DNA of 64,000 nucleotides from a phage. The notes under the pieces are model-generated. The model had not been told where the DNA came from. It saw only the letters and a program-made list of their open reading frames with translations, and ran no database searches. Below are positions 40,622 through 48,146 of this stretch, one piece after another. The stretch lies in the sequence record PQ400055.1. One strand, 5' to 3'. The stretch's first letter is position 1. Every line of letters begins with the position of its first letter. The translations under genes were made by a program, and so were the position numbers.

Positions 40622-40789
40622 TTATTTGTTAATTTCCGGTGCGTTGCTCGGATAGTAACCTTCTTTAACACCCAGATATTTTGCAACCATTCCGGTGATC
40701 TTCTGTGCTACTACGATATCGAATTTCAGGTAGTCTTCACCGTGGTTTGCTACAATGTATGCTTCGCATTCTGCTTTAGTCTGGAACAT
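40622..40789 (-). CDS. small protein (55 aa), copy 2 of a duplicated gene
   Basis: MFQTKAECEAYIVANHGEDYLKFDIVVAQKITGMVAKYLGVKEGYYPSNAPEINK; paralog of 37337..37504. Confidence 0.55.
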   Translation of the reverse strand: MFQTKAECEAYIVANHGEDYLKFDIVVAQKITGMVAKYLGVKEGYYPSNAPEINK

Positions 40790-40858
40790 TTTTGATTCTC
40801 CTATCTCGTTGGTATGTGTGCATTATAGGGGATCACCGATCCCCTGTCAACAACTTTA
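40790..40858 (-). promoter_or_regulatory. PeSL-like early promoter cassette
   Basis: TTGACAGGGGATCGGTGATCCCCTATAAT on minus strand, then AGGAGA. Confidence 0.65.
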
Positions 40859-41149
40859 TAATGCTTTATATGCGTATTTCATAAATTTGTCTGCCACTTC
40901 ATTGGCATGTTCAGATTCTACGCCTGATTCGAGAACAATAGCTAGGTCGGTTTCGTCATTCCCGCCGTACCAATGATTTGATGTTCGATTTTTTTCAATT
41001 GGAAATTGGTCACTTTTATCTGTGCGACAAAATACATCTAAATGCTCGTCGATGTAAAAGATCCAATCTTCATAAAGAATAACGGTATTAGCCAGATTTT
41101 TATTGCCTTCAACGAAAGGTTCGGCTACAAACAAATTAGTATGTTCCAT
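40856..41149 (-). CDS. HxHW-motif small protein family, member E (divergent)
   Basis: Start set at MEHTNLF with GAGGA RBS; ..ILYEDWIFYIDEHLDV..SNHWYGGND..LAIVLES. Confidence 0.45.
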   Translation of the reverse strand: MEHTNLFVAEPFVEGNKNLANTVILYEDWIFYIDEHLDVFCRTDKSDQFPIEKNRTSNHWYGGNDETDLAIVLESGVESEHANEVADKFMKYAYKAL

Positions 41150-41165
41150 AGTATTTTCCTCAAAA

Positions 41166-41357
41166 TTATACAGCTTCGTAAACTTCCCAATGTCCAACAC
41201 CAGCACGCTTAACGAAAAGGTTTTCTTTTATGTTATTCATAAACGTCTGGATGGATTTAATGCGGTTTGAAGGTTTCCATTCTTCGTTGGTATTGCGTCG
41301 ATACATCATAACATTACCAGTTCGCTTATATTCAGCAACCATTTTAAGACCACACAT
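41166..41357 (-). CDS. small hypothetical protein
   Basis: 63 aa ORF with GAGGA RBS, downstream of a promoter-like cassette. Confidence 0.45.
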   Translation of the reverse strand: MCGLKMVAEYKRTGNVMMYRRNTNEEWKPSNRIKSIQTFMNNIKENLFVKRAGVGHWEVYEAV

Positions 41358-41430
41358 AATATTATCCTCAATTTGTGGGAGAGTATTACCCTCCCGATTA
41401 TTGTTATACTACATTACGCAAAATGGCGTG
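41358..41430 (-). promoter_or_regulatory. PeSL-like promoter cassette (divergent copy)
   Basis: TTGACA, 17 bp, TAGTAT, then GGGAGGGTAATACTCTCCC stem-loop and GAGGA RBS on minus strand; -35 lies in the 3' end of the upstream gene. Confidence 0.5.
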
Positions 41431-41716
41431 TCAATGCTTCTTTTGCTGTTCCGCTAAGATTCTCGATCTCTCCTGGCATAACATCAACCGCAAGAACTTC
41501 TACAACATCCTCTGATCCTAACCAGTGAGTATGACCTTTGTAGAACTTGATATCCCATTTATCGCTATCGCTAGCCCACCACACATCACCGTCGATAAAG
41601 TTGATGTAAAGCACACTACGCCACATTGAATTAATTACTTTCAATACTGCGCCTTTCATCTCTTCCACGGTGTGGTCTTCCATTTTGAAGACCTCACCTA
41701 CCTGAACTTTTGCCAT
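41414..41716 (-). CDS. HxHW-motif small protein family, member F
   Basis: ..VLYINFIDGDVWW..GHTHWLGSED..EVLAVDV. Confidence 0.55.
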   Translation of the reverse strand: MAKVQVGEVFKMEDHTVEEMKGAVLKVINSMWRSVLYINFIDGDVWWASDSDKWDIKFYKGHTHWLGSEDVVEVLAVDVMPGEIENLSGTAKEALTRHFA

Positions 41717-41733
41717 TTAGTCACCTCTCTTTA

Positions 41734-41913
41734 TTACATAACAATCACGCCAGCCGTTGAAAGTTGATGTTTCAACTGAGCATTTTCTGCTACCGTCAAA
41801 TCAATGATTTCTTGTGACGCTGCAATCATATAGCCATTGGTGATATTGTTTTGCATCAGTTCAATGGTTTCTTCGTTGTAGCGGATTTTAGCGATGATTT
41901 CGTTGAAGTTCAT
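41734..41913 (-). CDS. small hypothetical early protein (59 aa)
   Basis: Start placed at MNFNEIIAKI after AGGAGA; six-frame ORF to 41979 runs into promoter cassette. Confidence 0.5.
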   Translation of the reverse strand: MNFNEIIAKIRYNEETIELMQNNITNGYMIAASQEIIDLTVAENAQLKHQLSTAGVIVM

Positions 41914-41984
41914 AATTGATTCTCCTAGTTCGTTTCGGTATGTGTGTAGTATAGGGGATCGGTGATCCCCTGTCAACAACTTTT
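41914..41984 (-). promoter_or_regulatory. PeSL-like early promoter cassette
   Basis: TTGACAGGGGATCACCGATCCCCTATACT on minus strand, then AGGAGA. Confidence 0.65.
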
Positions 41985-42296
41985 TTAAAGTTTTTCCATG
42001 ATAACGGTCATAATTACATCTTCTGCGCGAGCGGTCAGATTATCAGCGTCAGCATGTGGGCGGCTGGTTGTTACAGAGATAACACCGTTGCGCACTGGTT
42101 TGATGTTGATATCAAGATGATCCGCGAAACGTTCGCCAGTTACAGAATGAATTTTGGTGTTAAATTCTTTTGCCAGTGCCTTGCGAACTTCACGAATCAG
42201 GGTAGCGTTTTTCAGTTGGTTCTCCGCGCTCATGGTCTTCTGGGTGTTCATGGTTCCGTCGAAGTCAATCATTGGCAGCGTTACGATGTATTTCAT
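41985..42296 (-). CDS. hypothetical protein, paralog of 38691..38978
   Basis: Start placed at MKYIVTLP; six-frame ORF to 42356 is N-extended into the cassette. Confidence 0.5.
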   Translation of the reverse strand: MKYIVTLPMIDFDGTMNTQKTMSAENQLKNATLIREVRKALAKEFNTKIHSVTGERFADHLDINIKPVRNGVISVTTSRPHADADNLTARAEDVIMTVIMEKL

Positions 42297-42380
42297 TTTT
42301 GATTCTCCGTTTAAGAAAGTGTGTTTCGTTTTGATGTGTGTAGTATAGGGGATCACCGATCCCCTGTCAACAACTTTTTG
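42297..42380 (-). promoter_or_regulatory. PeSL-like early promoter cassette
   Basis: TTGACAGGGGATCGGTGATCCCCTATACT on minus strand, then GGAGA. Confidence 0.65.
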
Positions 42381-42382
42381 AA

Positions 42383-42859
42383 TTATTTTTCTTGATGCTC
42401 GCGATCGTACTTTTCGAAATAAAATTCTACTGGCTGGTCGTGGATTGACAGCAAGCCAAAGCGTTTAGCCGCTCGCAACCCCATATTGCGCTGAATGTAC
42501 TTCTGGAAGTTCTCGCGTATACACTTACGCCAGTATTCTAAGCCCATACAGCTTTTATAAAGATTGCATTGCACACACGCCGGATTCATGTTATCAAGTA
42601 TATCATGTTCCGGTTTATGCATTCCTACAACCTTATACTTCCACGATCCATCATCATTACGGGCAATTCGTCCATTTTCATCATAGACTACCTTTGAGCG
42701 TCGCAATACTGGTTTGATGTGGTCCGCGTGCCAGCGATCCCCTAGTTCCTCGCCACAATAGGCACAACGTCCACCGTATTTCATTTTCAGGATCTGGCGT
42801 TGCTCTTTCTTTGACAATTTTTTAGGTTTAGGGGCTTTCGCCCCTTCATTATCACACAT
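42383..42859 (-). CDS. HNH endonuclease (free-standing, homing-endonuclease-like)
   Basis: CAYCG..WHADHIKP..N..CVQCN: HNH zinc-finger nuclease motif. 158 aa. Confidence 0.7.
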   Translation of the reverse strand: MCDNEGAKAPKPKKLSKKEQRQILKMKYGGRCAYCGEELGDRWHADHIKPVLRRSKVVYDENGRIARNDDGSWKYKVVGMHKPEHDILDNMNPACVQCNLYKSCMGLEYWRKCIRENFQKYIQRNMGLRAAKRFGLLSIHDQPVEFYFEKYDREHQEK

Positions 42860-44354
42860 CGAATACCTCTTTTACTGTATTTGCAGTGGTCTTGTCGTAG
42901 CGAATACGTTTGATGATTGGGAGAAATAAAGAGAACTCCGGTTCATCTTCTTTACGTGATTTGCTGCGGATATACCCGTTGCATGTCATCTCAATAACTT
43001 TTCCAATCAGGTTATGACGGTCAGCCCATAACATTTCTCGGTCGAGTTCATTTCGACGATCGAACGGAATTACACGTTCAGTACCATCATCACCTTTTTC
43101 GGTTGTAGTGTCGGTTAATCCCGATCCGGTGTTAGTCATCATTCGTCCGCACGAACTACGGACAGTAAAACCGCCTACCTTATTGGGGTCTTTACTATGC
43201 GGATATACATCAACAATTTCCGCGTCGAAGTCAATCACTTCTTTAAATTTAACCTGATCTTTACTACGGCGATCTTCAAATACACCATGTAAATTTTTAA
43301 GGATAATACCTTCTAAGCCCATGTTGACATAACGATGATATACTTCGCGAGCTTCATCGATATTGTTAACTACAGTGTTTTCGATGATCTGAACACGAGG
43401 ATCGTTAAGTTCTTCAACAATCTGTTTTAGTTCTTCGAATCGATCTTTATATTGCTTCGTTGCTTTCTCGTTTCCGTAATACACATCACGGTCGATAACA
43501 TCCCAGACAGTGTAAACAATACATTGGGCTTCTTCTTTTGGAATAGTTCCTTTAAGTGATTTGTTGAGGATACCATTTCCGGTCTGACGATCTGCAACAA
43601 CGGATTCTTTCACTGCTTCCGCTACTGGCGTTAATGGCATTTCCTCTTCTTCAAATATCCATGACAGAGTACCATCATAAACGCTTTCAACGAAGTTCTG
43701 CGCTGGTGTTTGCGAAAGGGTAGGCATATATACCAATTCACCATCTAGAACAATTCCACGGCCTCGTAGACGCTCTAAAACCGCAAACAAATCATCAAGT
43801 CCTTGATAGGTATTACCTGAGCGGGTATAGATTGCTAATGTTTCCCCGTCAATATCAGCCATACCACGAGCGCCATCGCTTTTAAGTTGTGCATACGCCG
43901 GATACTTGATATTAGCAATAGTCTTATCAGAACATGACGATGCAAGGTGACACGGTTGCTGGGGGATCAGTTTCTTCCATACCTTGTTTGCAGTGGTAGC
44001 GGAACAACCACATTCCAGATCACGATTCAGGACCATCATTGCAACTTTAGCATCATCTTCTGACAAGCAAGTCAGAGTATCGGTAACTAGCTGTAATGCT
44101 GCGTTACCAGTTACTTGACGCGTGGCAAGTTTATTTTTAAAGACCTGTAATGCACCGGATAAAGACAATACAGACGAATAGCGAGATGGTTCATCGTATT
44201 TCTTTACGCCAAACGTAACCTGTTTGCAATATGCCAGATAAAAGCATTCTTTCAGTGTTTCATTGCTTGCAGATTCTTTCAGGATCTTTTCTTTCAGCGA
44301 TGTTTTGTCGGTCGCTGCAAGCTGGTTAATGATATTAAGAATTGACATTTTCAC
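42852..44354 (-). CDS. 30: ATP-dependent DNA ligase gp30
   Basis: 500 aa; FPAYAQLKSDGAR (KxDG adenylation motif), DGELVY, EGIILKN, and C-terminal motifs match T4 DNA ligase from memory. Confidence 0.9.
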   Translation of the reverse strand: MKMSILNIINQLAATDKTSLKEKILKESASNETLKECFYLAYCKQVTFGVKKYDEPSRYSSVLSLSGALQVFKNKLATRQVTGNAALQLVTDTLTCLSEDDAKVAMMVLNRDLECGCSATTANKVWKKLIPQQPCHLASSCSDKTIANIKYPAYAQLKSDGARGMADIDGETLAIYTRSGNTYQGLDDLFAVLERLRGRGIVLDGELVYMPTLSQTPAQNFVESVYDGTLSWIFEEEEMPLTPVAEAVKESVVADRQTGNGILNKSLKGTIPKEEAQCIVYTVWDVIDRDVYYGNEKATKQYKDRFEELKQIVEELNDPRVQIIENTVVNNIDEAREVYHRYVNMGLEGIILKNLHGVFEDRRSKDQVKFKEVIDFDAEIVDVYPHSKDPNKVGGFTVRSSCGRMMTNTGSGLTDTTTEKGDDGTERVIPFDRRNELDREMLWADRHNLIGKVIEMTCNGYIRSKSRKEDEPEFSLFLPIIKRIRYDKTTANTVKEVFDV

Positions 44355-44814
44355 CTCGTTTTGTTAAACGTTCACGAATATCATTGAGGATACTACAAAA
44401 TTCCGATTCAGTCAATATAGTCTTTAACGGATCAGTTCCACCTATGCTATGACGTAATTTCTTATTTCCGGTAGAGAGTAATGCTTTACAAAATTCTGGG
44501 TTATTCCGTGCCATCGTAACAAATGCCAGATGTACCAGTCTGTAATAATGCTCACTCATTCGATGAATCGGGCGACCCTGAAAATATAACATGTGATTCT
44601 CAATCTTTTCAGTTCTTCCGGTTCTTTTTGCTTTGCCACCGTGCATCAAAAAGATTTCTCTTTGTCTCTGAGGGTTCTTAAATCTTAGCCCCTGTAAAAA
44701 TCCTTCTGTGCTGTTAATATCGCAACCAAATAGACGGAATGGTCTTTTATTGAAATTACTCAATTCACCCGATGGATAAGGTCCACCCGCATAGATATCA
44801 ATTTCAGAAGTCAT
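44335..44814 (-). CDS. NADAR/YbiA-like (DUF1768) domain protein
   Basis: LSNFNKRPF..TEGFLQGLRF parallels E. coli YbiA FSNFAAWP..SEHYFQAQKF (from memory). 159 aa. Confidence 0.5.
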   Translation of the reverse strand: MTSEIDIYAGGPYPSGELSNFNKRPFRLFGCDINSTEGFLQGLRFKNPQRQREIFLMHGGKAKRTGRTEKIENHMLYFQGRPIHRMSEHYYRLVHLAFVTMARNNPEFCKALLSTGNKKLRHSIGGTDPLKTILTESEFCSILNDIRERLTKRGENVNS

Positions 44815-44989
44815 TGAAACTAATCTCGCTAATCAGAGAGAACGGATCATAATCGTCATTAGGAATATCGATAGTAATCGAATGAGGGTTTACCCATACA
44901 CCAAACTGGTCTTCTTCGGTGAATACTTCGGTATGGATTTCGTGGATGTTTACATTCATAGTTTTCATAATAAATTCCTTAATAATCAA
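44804..44989 (-). CDS. small hypothetical protein
   Basis: 61 aa ORF overlapping next gene start. Confidence 0.4.
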   Translation of the reverse strand: MIIKEFIMKTMNVNIHEIHTEVFTEEDQFGVWVNPHSITIDIPNDDYDPFSLISEISFNDF

Positions 44990-45009
44990 TAACTTACAAA
45001 ATCATATAG

Positions 45010-45038
45010 CCAAAATATAGGCGGGATTATTTCCCGCC
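45010..45038 (-). terminator. rho-independent terminator (minus) after gp31
   Basis: GGCGGGAAATAATCCCGCC hairpin with T-rich tail on minus strand. Confidence 0.55.
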
Positions 45039-45049
45039 GTTTAAAATCA

Positions 45050-45373
45050 TTAACCGTAAACTACCACAATATTCTGTTTGTGCGTTACAGTCCATTTCAG
45101 GTCGATCTCTTCTTCCTTCTTAACGCCGTTAATAACGTCTGGATGAGGAACTTTATTCATCTTGCCATGTGGCAGTAGAACAGTTTTACCCAGCAATTCT
45201 TTATCTACCGTCTCGCCAATATCAATAATCTTACCTACCAGCGGAATCTCGCCCATAGTGCGCTTTTGCTCAATAATGATCCCCATAGAGCTTTTTACTT
45301 CTGTCCCTGCGCTTTCTGCTTTAGCTTCAATGATCACATAGTCACCAAGTGCTTTAGGAGTTTTAACGGTCAT
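45050..45373 (-). CDS. 31: co-chaperonin gp31 (GroES-like)
   Basis: 107 aa (T4 gp31 111 aa); GroES-like size and position between ligase and cd. Confidence 0.8.
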   Translation of the reverse strand: MTVKTPKALGDYVIIEAKAESAGTEVKSSMGIIIEQKRTMGEIPLVGKIIDIGETVDKELLGKTVLLPHGKMNKVPHPDVINGVKKEEEIDLKWTVTHKQNIVVVYG

Positions 45374-45414
45374 AATTTTATTACCTCTTCAAATCAATAC
45401 AGTTTAATGATGAA

Positions 45415-45735
45415 TTATTTATAAATTTCGACGATCTGCGCTGGAGTCAGCCCGTCTACATTAATCAGACTATCAAGCCCAAAACTACGGAAACCTTCAA
45501 CTGCAATTTCATATACTGGCAAAGATGTTTCTGATTCTTTACGCGGTTTTTCAACATTCGGAACTAACCACGTTTCGTATGTTTCAAACGGCATCAGTGC
45601 CGGATCTCGCGTGGCGATCATCTCACGGACAGTACCATCTTTCTTAGTAAACTGAAAAGAGTGAGTACCGACCGAAAACATTTTCTTTAGTGCTTCACGA
45701 AGTGCGATATTATCAACTTGTTCAGTCATTATCAA
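45415..45735 (-). CDS. hypothetical protein
   Basis: 106 aa ORF. Confidence 0.5.
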   Translation of the reverse strand: MIMTEQVDNIALREALKKMFSVGTHSFQFTKKDGTVREMIATRDPALMPFETYETWLVPNVEKPRKESETSLPVYEIAVEGFRSFGLDSLINVDGLTPAQIVEIYK

Positions 45736-46228
45736 TACCCTTCAAATCAGTCAATAATGCTTTTGGAATACGCGTGATTGTAATATCTGCATTATTCAGA
45801 ATATCAGCCCAATCACGCCCACCATTTCGATCATATGTGTCGCAATAGTATAGATGTTTAATACCACTGTTTGCAATTGCTTTAGCGCAATCTGGACACG
45901 GTGAAGCAGTACACCACATACTAGCGCCTTCAATCGATACCCCGCTACGGGCAGCAAACAAAATAGCATTTAATTCAGCGTGGATCTCGTTTTTCTGTGA
46001 CCATGCACTATGCTCTGGTCGTTTTTCTGGGATCATTTTGCCGTCATCATCCAGCCAACCGTTTTTATGTGCATGACAGCTACAATTTACTTGCCCTGCT
46101 GGAGTTCCGTTAAATCCAGTAGAAATGATTCGCCCGTCTTTTTCGATCAGTGCGCCTACCTTCCACGAAACACATTTAGAGTTCTTTGCGATCAGATAGG
46201 CGATCTGCATGTAAGTTTGTGACAACAT
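45722..46228 (-). CDS. cd: dCMP deaminase
   Basis: Zinc-binding deaminase motifs HAELNA and PCPDC; 168 aa. Confidence 0.85.
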   Translation of the reverse strand: MLSQTYMQIAYLIAKNSKCVSWKVGALIEKDGRIISTGFNGTPAGQVNCSCHAHKNGWLDDDGKMIPEKRPEHSAWSQKNEIHAELNAILFAARSGVSIEGASMWCTASPCPDCAKAIANSGIKHLYYCDTYDRNGGRDWADILNNADITITRIPKALLTDLKGIDND

Positions 46229-46249
46229 AATATAATCCTCACATATTAA

Positions 46250-46453
46250 TTAACCGTATACGCGAAAGTATTCTACTGATCCGTCGCTATACTGTTTTAC
46301 ATTGAATGTATTCACACCATGATTATTTCTCATGATGACATATACACTGCGACGTTCATCGCTAAACGGCATAACTGGCGCTGGTTCAATATCAACACTA
46401 AAACCACGTTTAGCAAGTGCTTCGCCTAATTGCTTGAGTTTATCGGTAAACAT
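46250..46453 (-). CDS. small hypothetical protein
   Basis: 67 aa ORF. Confidence 0.4.
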   Translation of the reverse strand: MFTDKLKQLGEALAKRGFSVDIEPAPVMPFSDERRSVYVIMRNNHGVNTFNVKQYSDGSVEYFRVYG

Positions 46454-47352
46454 TAAAATTCTCCGTAGTTAACCTGAAAACATTCTACACCAATTGAGCG
46501 GTACATGTCAACCACTTGATCACGGTCATCTACCGCCAAAACAACATGATAACGCGGTGCAATTTCAGAGAAGAAGATCTCTTTCTTCACTTCATGATCA
46601 GGACGACGATCATTAGTTTCACGTTGAAAGTGATCACTAGGTTCAATACCCTGTTCACGCAACCATTGCAGAGTATCTTCTTCGCAAACATCTTCACGTC
46701 CTGAGCATGTAATGATACGATAACCATTATCACGATACAGTTTAAGCATTTCGATCACTTGCGGACGCGGTTTATCTTCTTTGACCTTTGTCCAGTCAAA
46801 CGGATGACGACCGCCCTTATCCGCTAATGTCCCATCAATATCAAAGATCACTGCCTTTGGCAGCATGGTATTCGGTTTGTATACTTCTTGACCCATATAT
46901 TCCTGCATCAGATAAAATTGGTTGCGCAAATGAGAAAGTGGAATTGCTTTCTCGCCGCGATAGAAATTACGTTTCTTTAGTGTCTCAAATGATTCATTGA
47001 ACACTTGTTCAGTATACACCGCGTTAAATTCTTTTGCAAGTTCTTTGTAGAATACACGATGTTTTTCTTTCAGGTTGGTATCGGAGATAATGATACTCAA
47101 TCCGCGTGATAGAGTCTCACGAGCAATCATTCTCTGAATAGACTCTACCAGTTTTTCTTTTTCCTTAGTATACTTGTATTTCAAATGTGAGTCAACACCA
47201 AACAACATAAGACGAAGATCATCGCGATTCACATTACGATAATTACTAAACCGTTTACACGTTTCCATAGCCCATGTAGTTTTACCGGACCCAGAACAAC
47301 CAACGGTTAAAATCACTTCACATTTCGGCATTATTTCTCCTTCGGTTTGCAC
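46453..47352 (-). CDS. pseT: polynucleotide 5'-kinase/3'-phosphatase
   Basis: Walker A GCSGSGKTTWA, HAD phosphatase DIDGTLA, C-terminal IGVECFQV..GEF match T4 Pnk from memory. Confidence 0.9.
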   Translation of the reverse strand: MQTEGEIMPKCEVILTVGCSGSGKTTWAMETCKRFSNYRNVNRDDLRLMLFGVDSHLKYKYTKEKEKLVESIQRMIARETLSRGLSIIISDTNLKEKHRVFYKELAKEFNAVYTEQVFNESFETLKKRNFYRGEKAIPLSHLRNQFYLMQEYMGQEVYKPNTMLPKAVIFDIDGTLADKGGRHPFDWTKVKEDKPRPQVIEMLKLYRDNGYRIITCSGREDVCEEDTLQWLREQGIEPSDHFQRETNDRRPDHEVKKEIFFSEIAPRYHVVLAVDDRDQVVDMYRSIGVECFQVNYGEF

Positions 47353-47783
47353 CGTTCCTCATTAAGTTCTTTTCGATAATAACACATGATCAACTTACTT
47401 TCAAGTGTATATCTCTTAATATCCGCAAGCCAGACTCTAAATTTTTGGGAGTCCTCCCACGACATAGAAACTCTAGGTTTACCGTCTATTGTATCCACTT
47501 TCAGGTCAATGTCAACTTTTTCTATTGGTGCTGGTAGTGAAGGATGTAATTTCGGTTCCTGTGAATAATGGTCCAGTGTACACGAAGAAAGCGCAAATAC
47601 AATAGGCACAGCGAAGACATGGATTATGGCGGTCTGAAAATTCTTATGTGCTTTCTTAAACATCCAGTGTATCACGAAAATTGAAAACACCATCAGGATA
47701 ATAATGCTTGCACCTATCCCCAGATAATCAACCAGATTAAAATTGCTTATCTGCTCTTGCGTAGGCAATATTTCTATGCTCAT
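47331..47783 (-). CDS. o-spanin-like lipoprotein (T4 PseT.2 position)
   Basis: Internal Met at 47663 gives signal peptide MFKKAHKNFQTAIIHVFAVPIVFALSSC with lipobox; start ambiguous between 47783 and 47663. Confidence 0.55.
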   Translation of the reverse strand: MSIEILPTQEQISNFNLVDYLGIGASIIILMVFSIFVIHWMFKKAHKNFQTAIIHVFAVPIVFALSSCTLDHYSQEPKLHPSLPAPIEKVDIDLKVDTIDGKPRVSMSWEDSQKFRVWLADIKRYTLESKLIMCYYRKELNEERCKPKEK

Positions 47784-48103
47784 TTAGTAGCCTCCTTTAA
47801 TTCTTCGGTAAACTCCTTAAATGAGTCATTAAGCTGTTTCTCTACCAACTTGGGTTTTTGTGCTACTACATAGCCTCGTGTAGCGTCTTTCATTGCTTTG
47901 TTTTGTTCTTCTGCAAACTTAGTTCTTATTCCGTACATCTCCTTTTGTAGTGAGTCTACAATCTTCATCTTTTCATCTGTCTTTTTCTTATACTCTGTAA
48001 ATTCCTGATTCAGTCGATCTACCTCCTTTTTATTTTCCCACCACATATTACCACCTACCCCTAGCAAGACAGAGATGATAACAATGTATATCAGCTTTGA
48101 CAT
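47780..48103 (-). CDS. i-spanin-like membrane-anchored protein (T4 PseT.3 position)
   Basis: N-terminal TM helix then charged coiled-coil-like periplasmic part; 4-nt overlap with downstream lipoprotein gene. Confidence 0.6.
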   Translation of the reverse strand: MSKLIYIVIISVLLGVGGNMWWENKKEVDRLNQEFTEYKKKTDEKMKIVDSLQKEMYGIRTKFAEEQNKAMKDATRGYVVAQKPKLVEKQLNDSFKEFTEELKEATK

Positions 48104-48119
48104 ATTACCCCCAACGACA

Positions 48120-48142
48120 AAAGGCGGGAACTAGCCCCGCTT
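48120..48142 (-). terminator. hairpin terminator (minus) after rnlA
   Basis: GCGGGGCTAGTTCCCGC with T-run on minus strand. Confidence 0.5.
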
Positions 48143-48146
48143 ATTA

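Noticed and set aside
34769-42356. Six-frame ORFs beginning MLTGDHRSPI(I/L)HTYRNELGES (34769..35014, 41734..41979) and other N-terminal extensions (41985..42356, 50427..50729, 53757..53987, 58457..58819, 58834..59685, 39343..39744)
   Set aside because: The N-terminal 15-25 residues are translations of the promoter/5'UTR cassette upstream of the SD; true starts were placed at the first ATG after the AGGAGA-type RBS.
42830-42845. GGGGCTTTCGCCCC hairpin at the ligase/HNH junction, resembling the hairpin at 56283..56298
   Set aside because: It falls inside coding sequence (encodes GAKAPKP at the HNH gene start); similarity to the td-nrdA hairpin may be coincidental.
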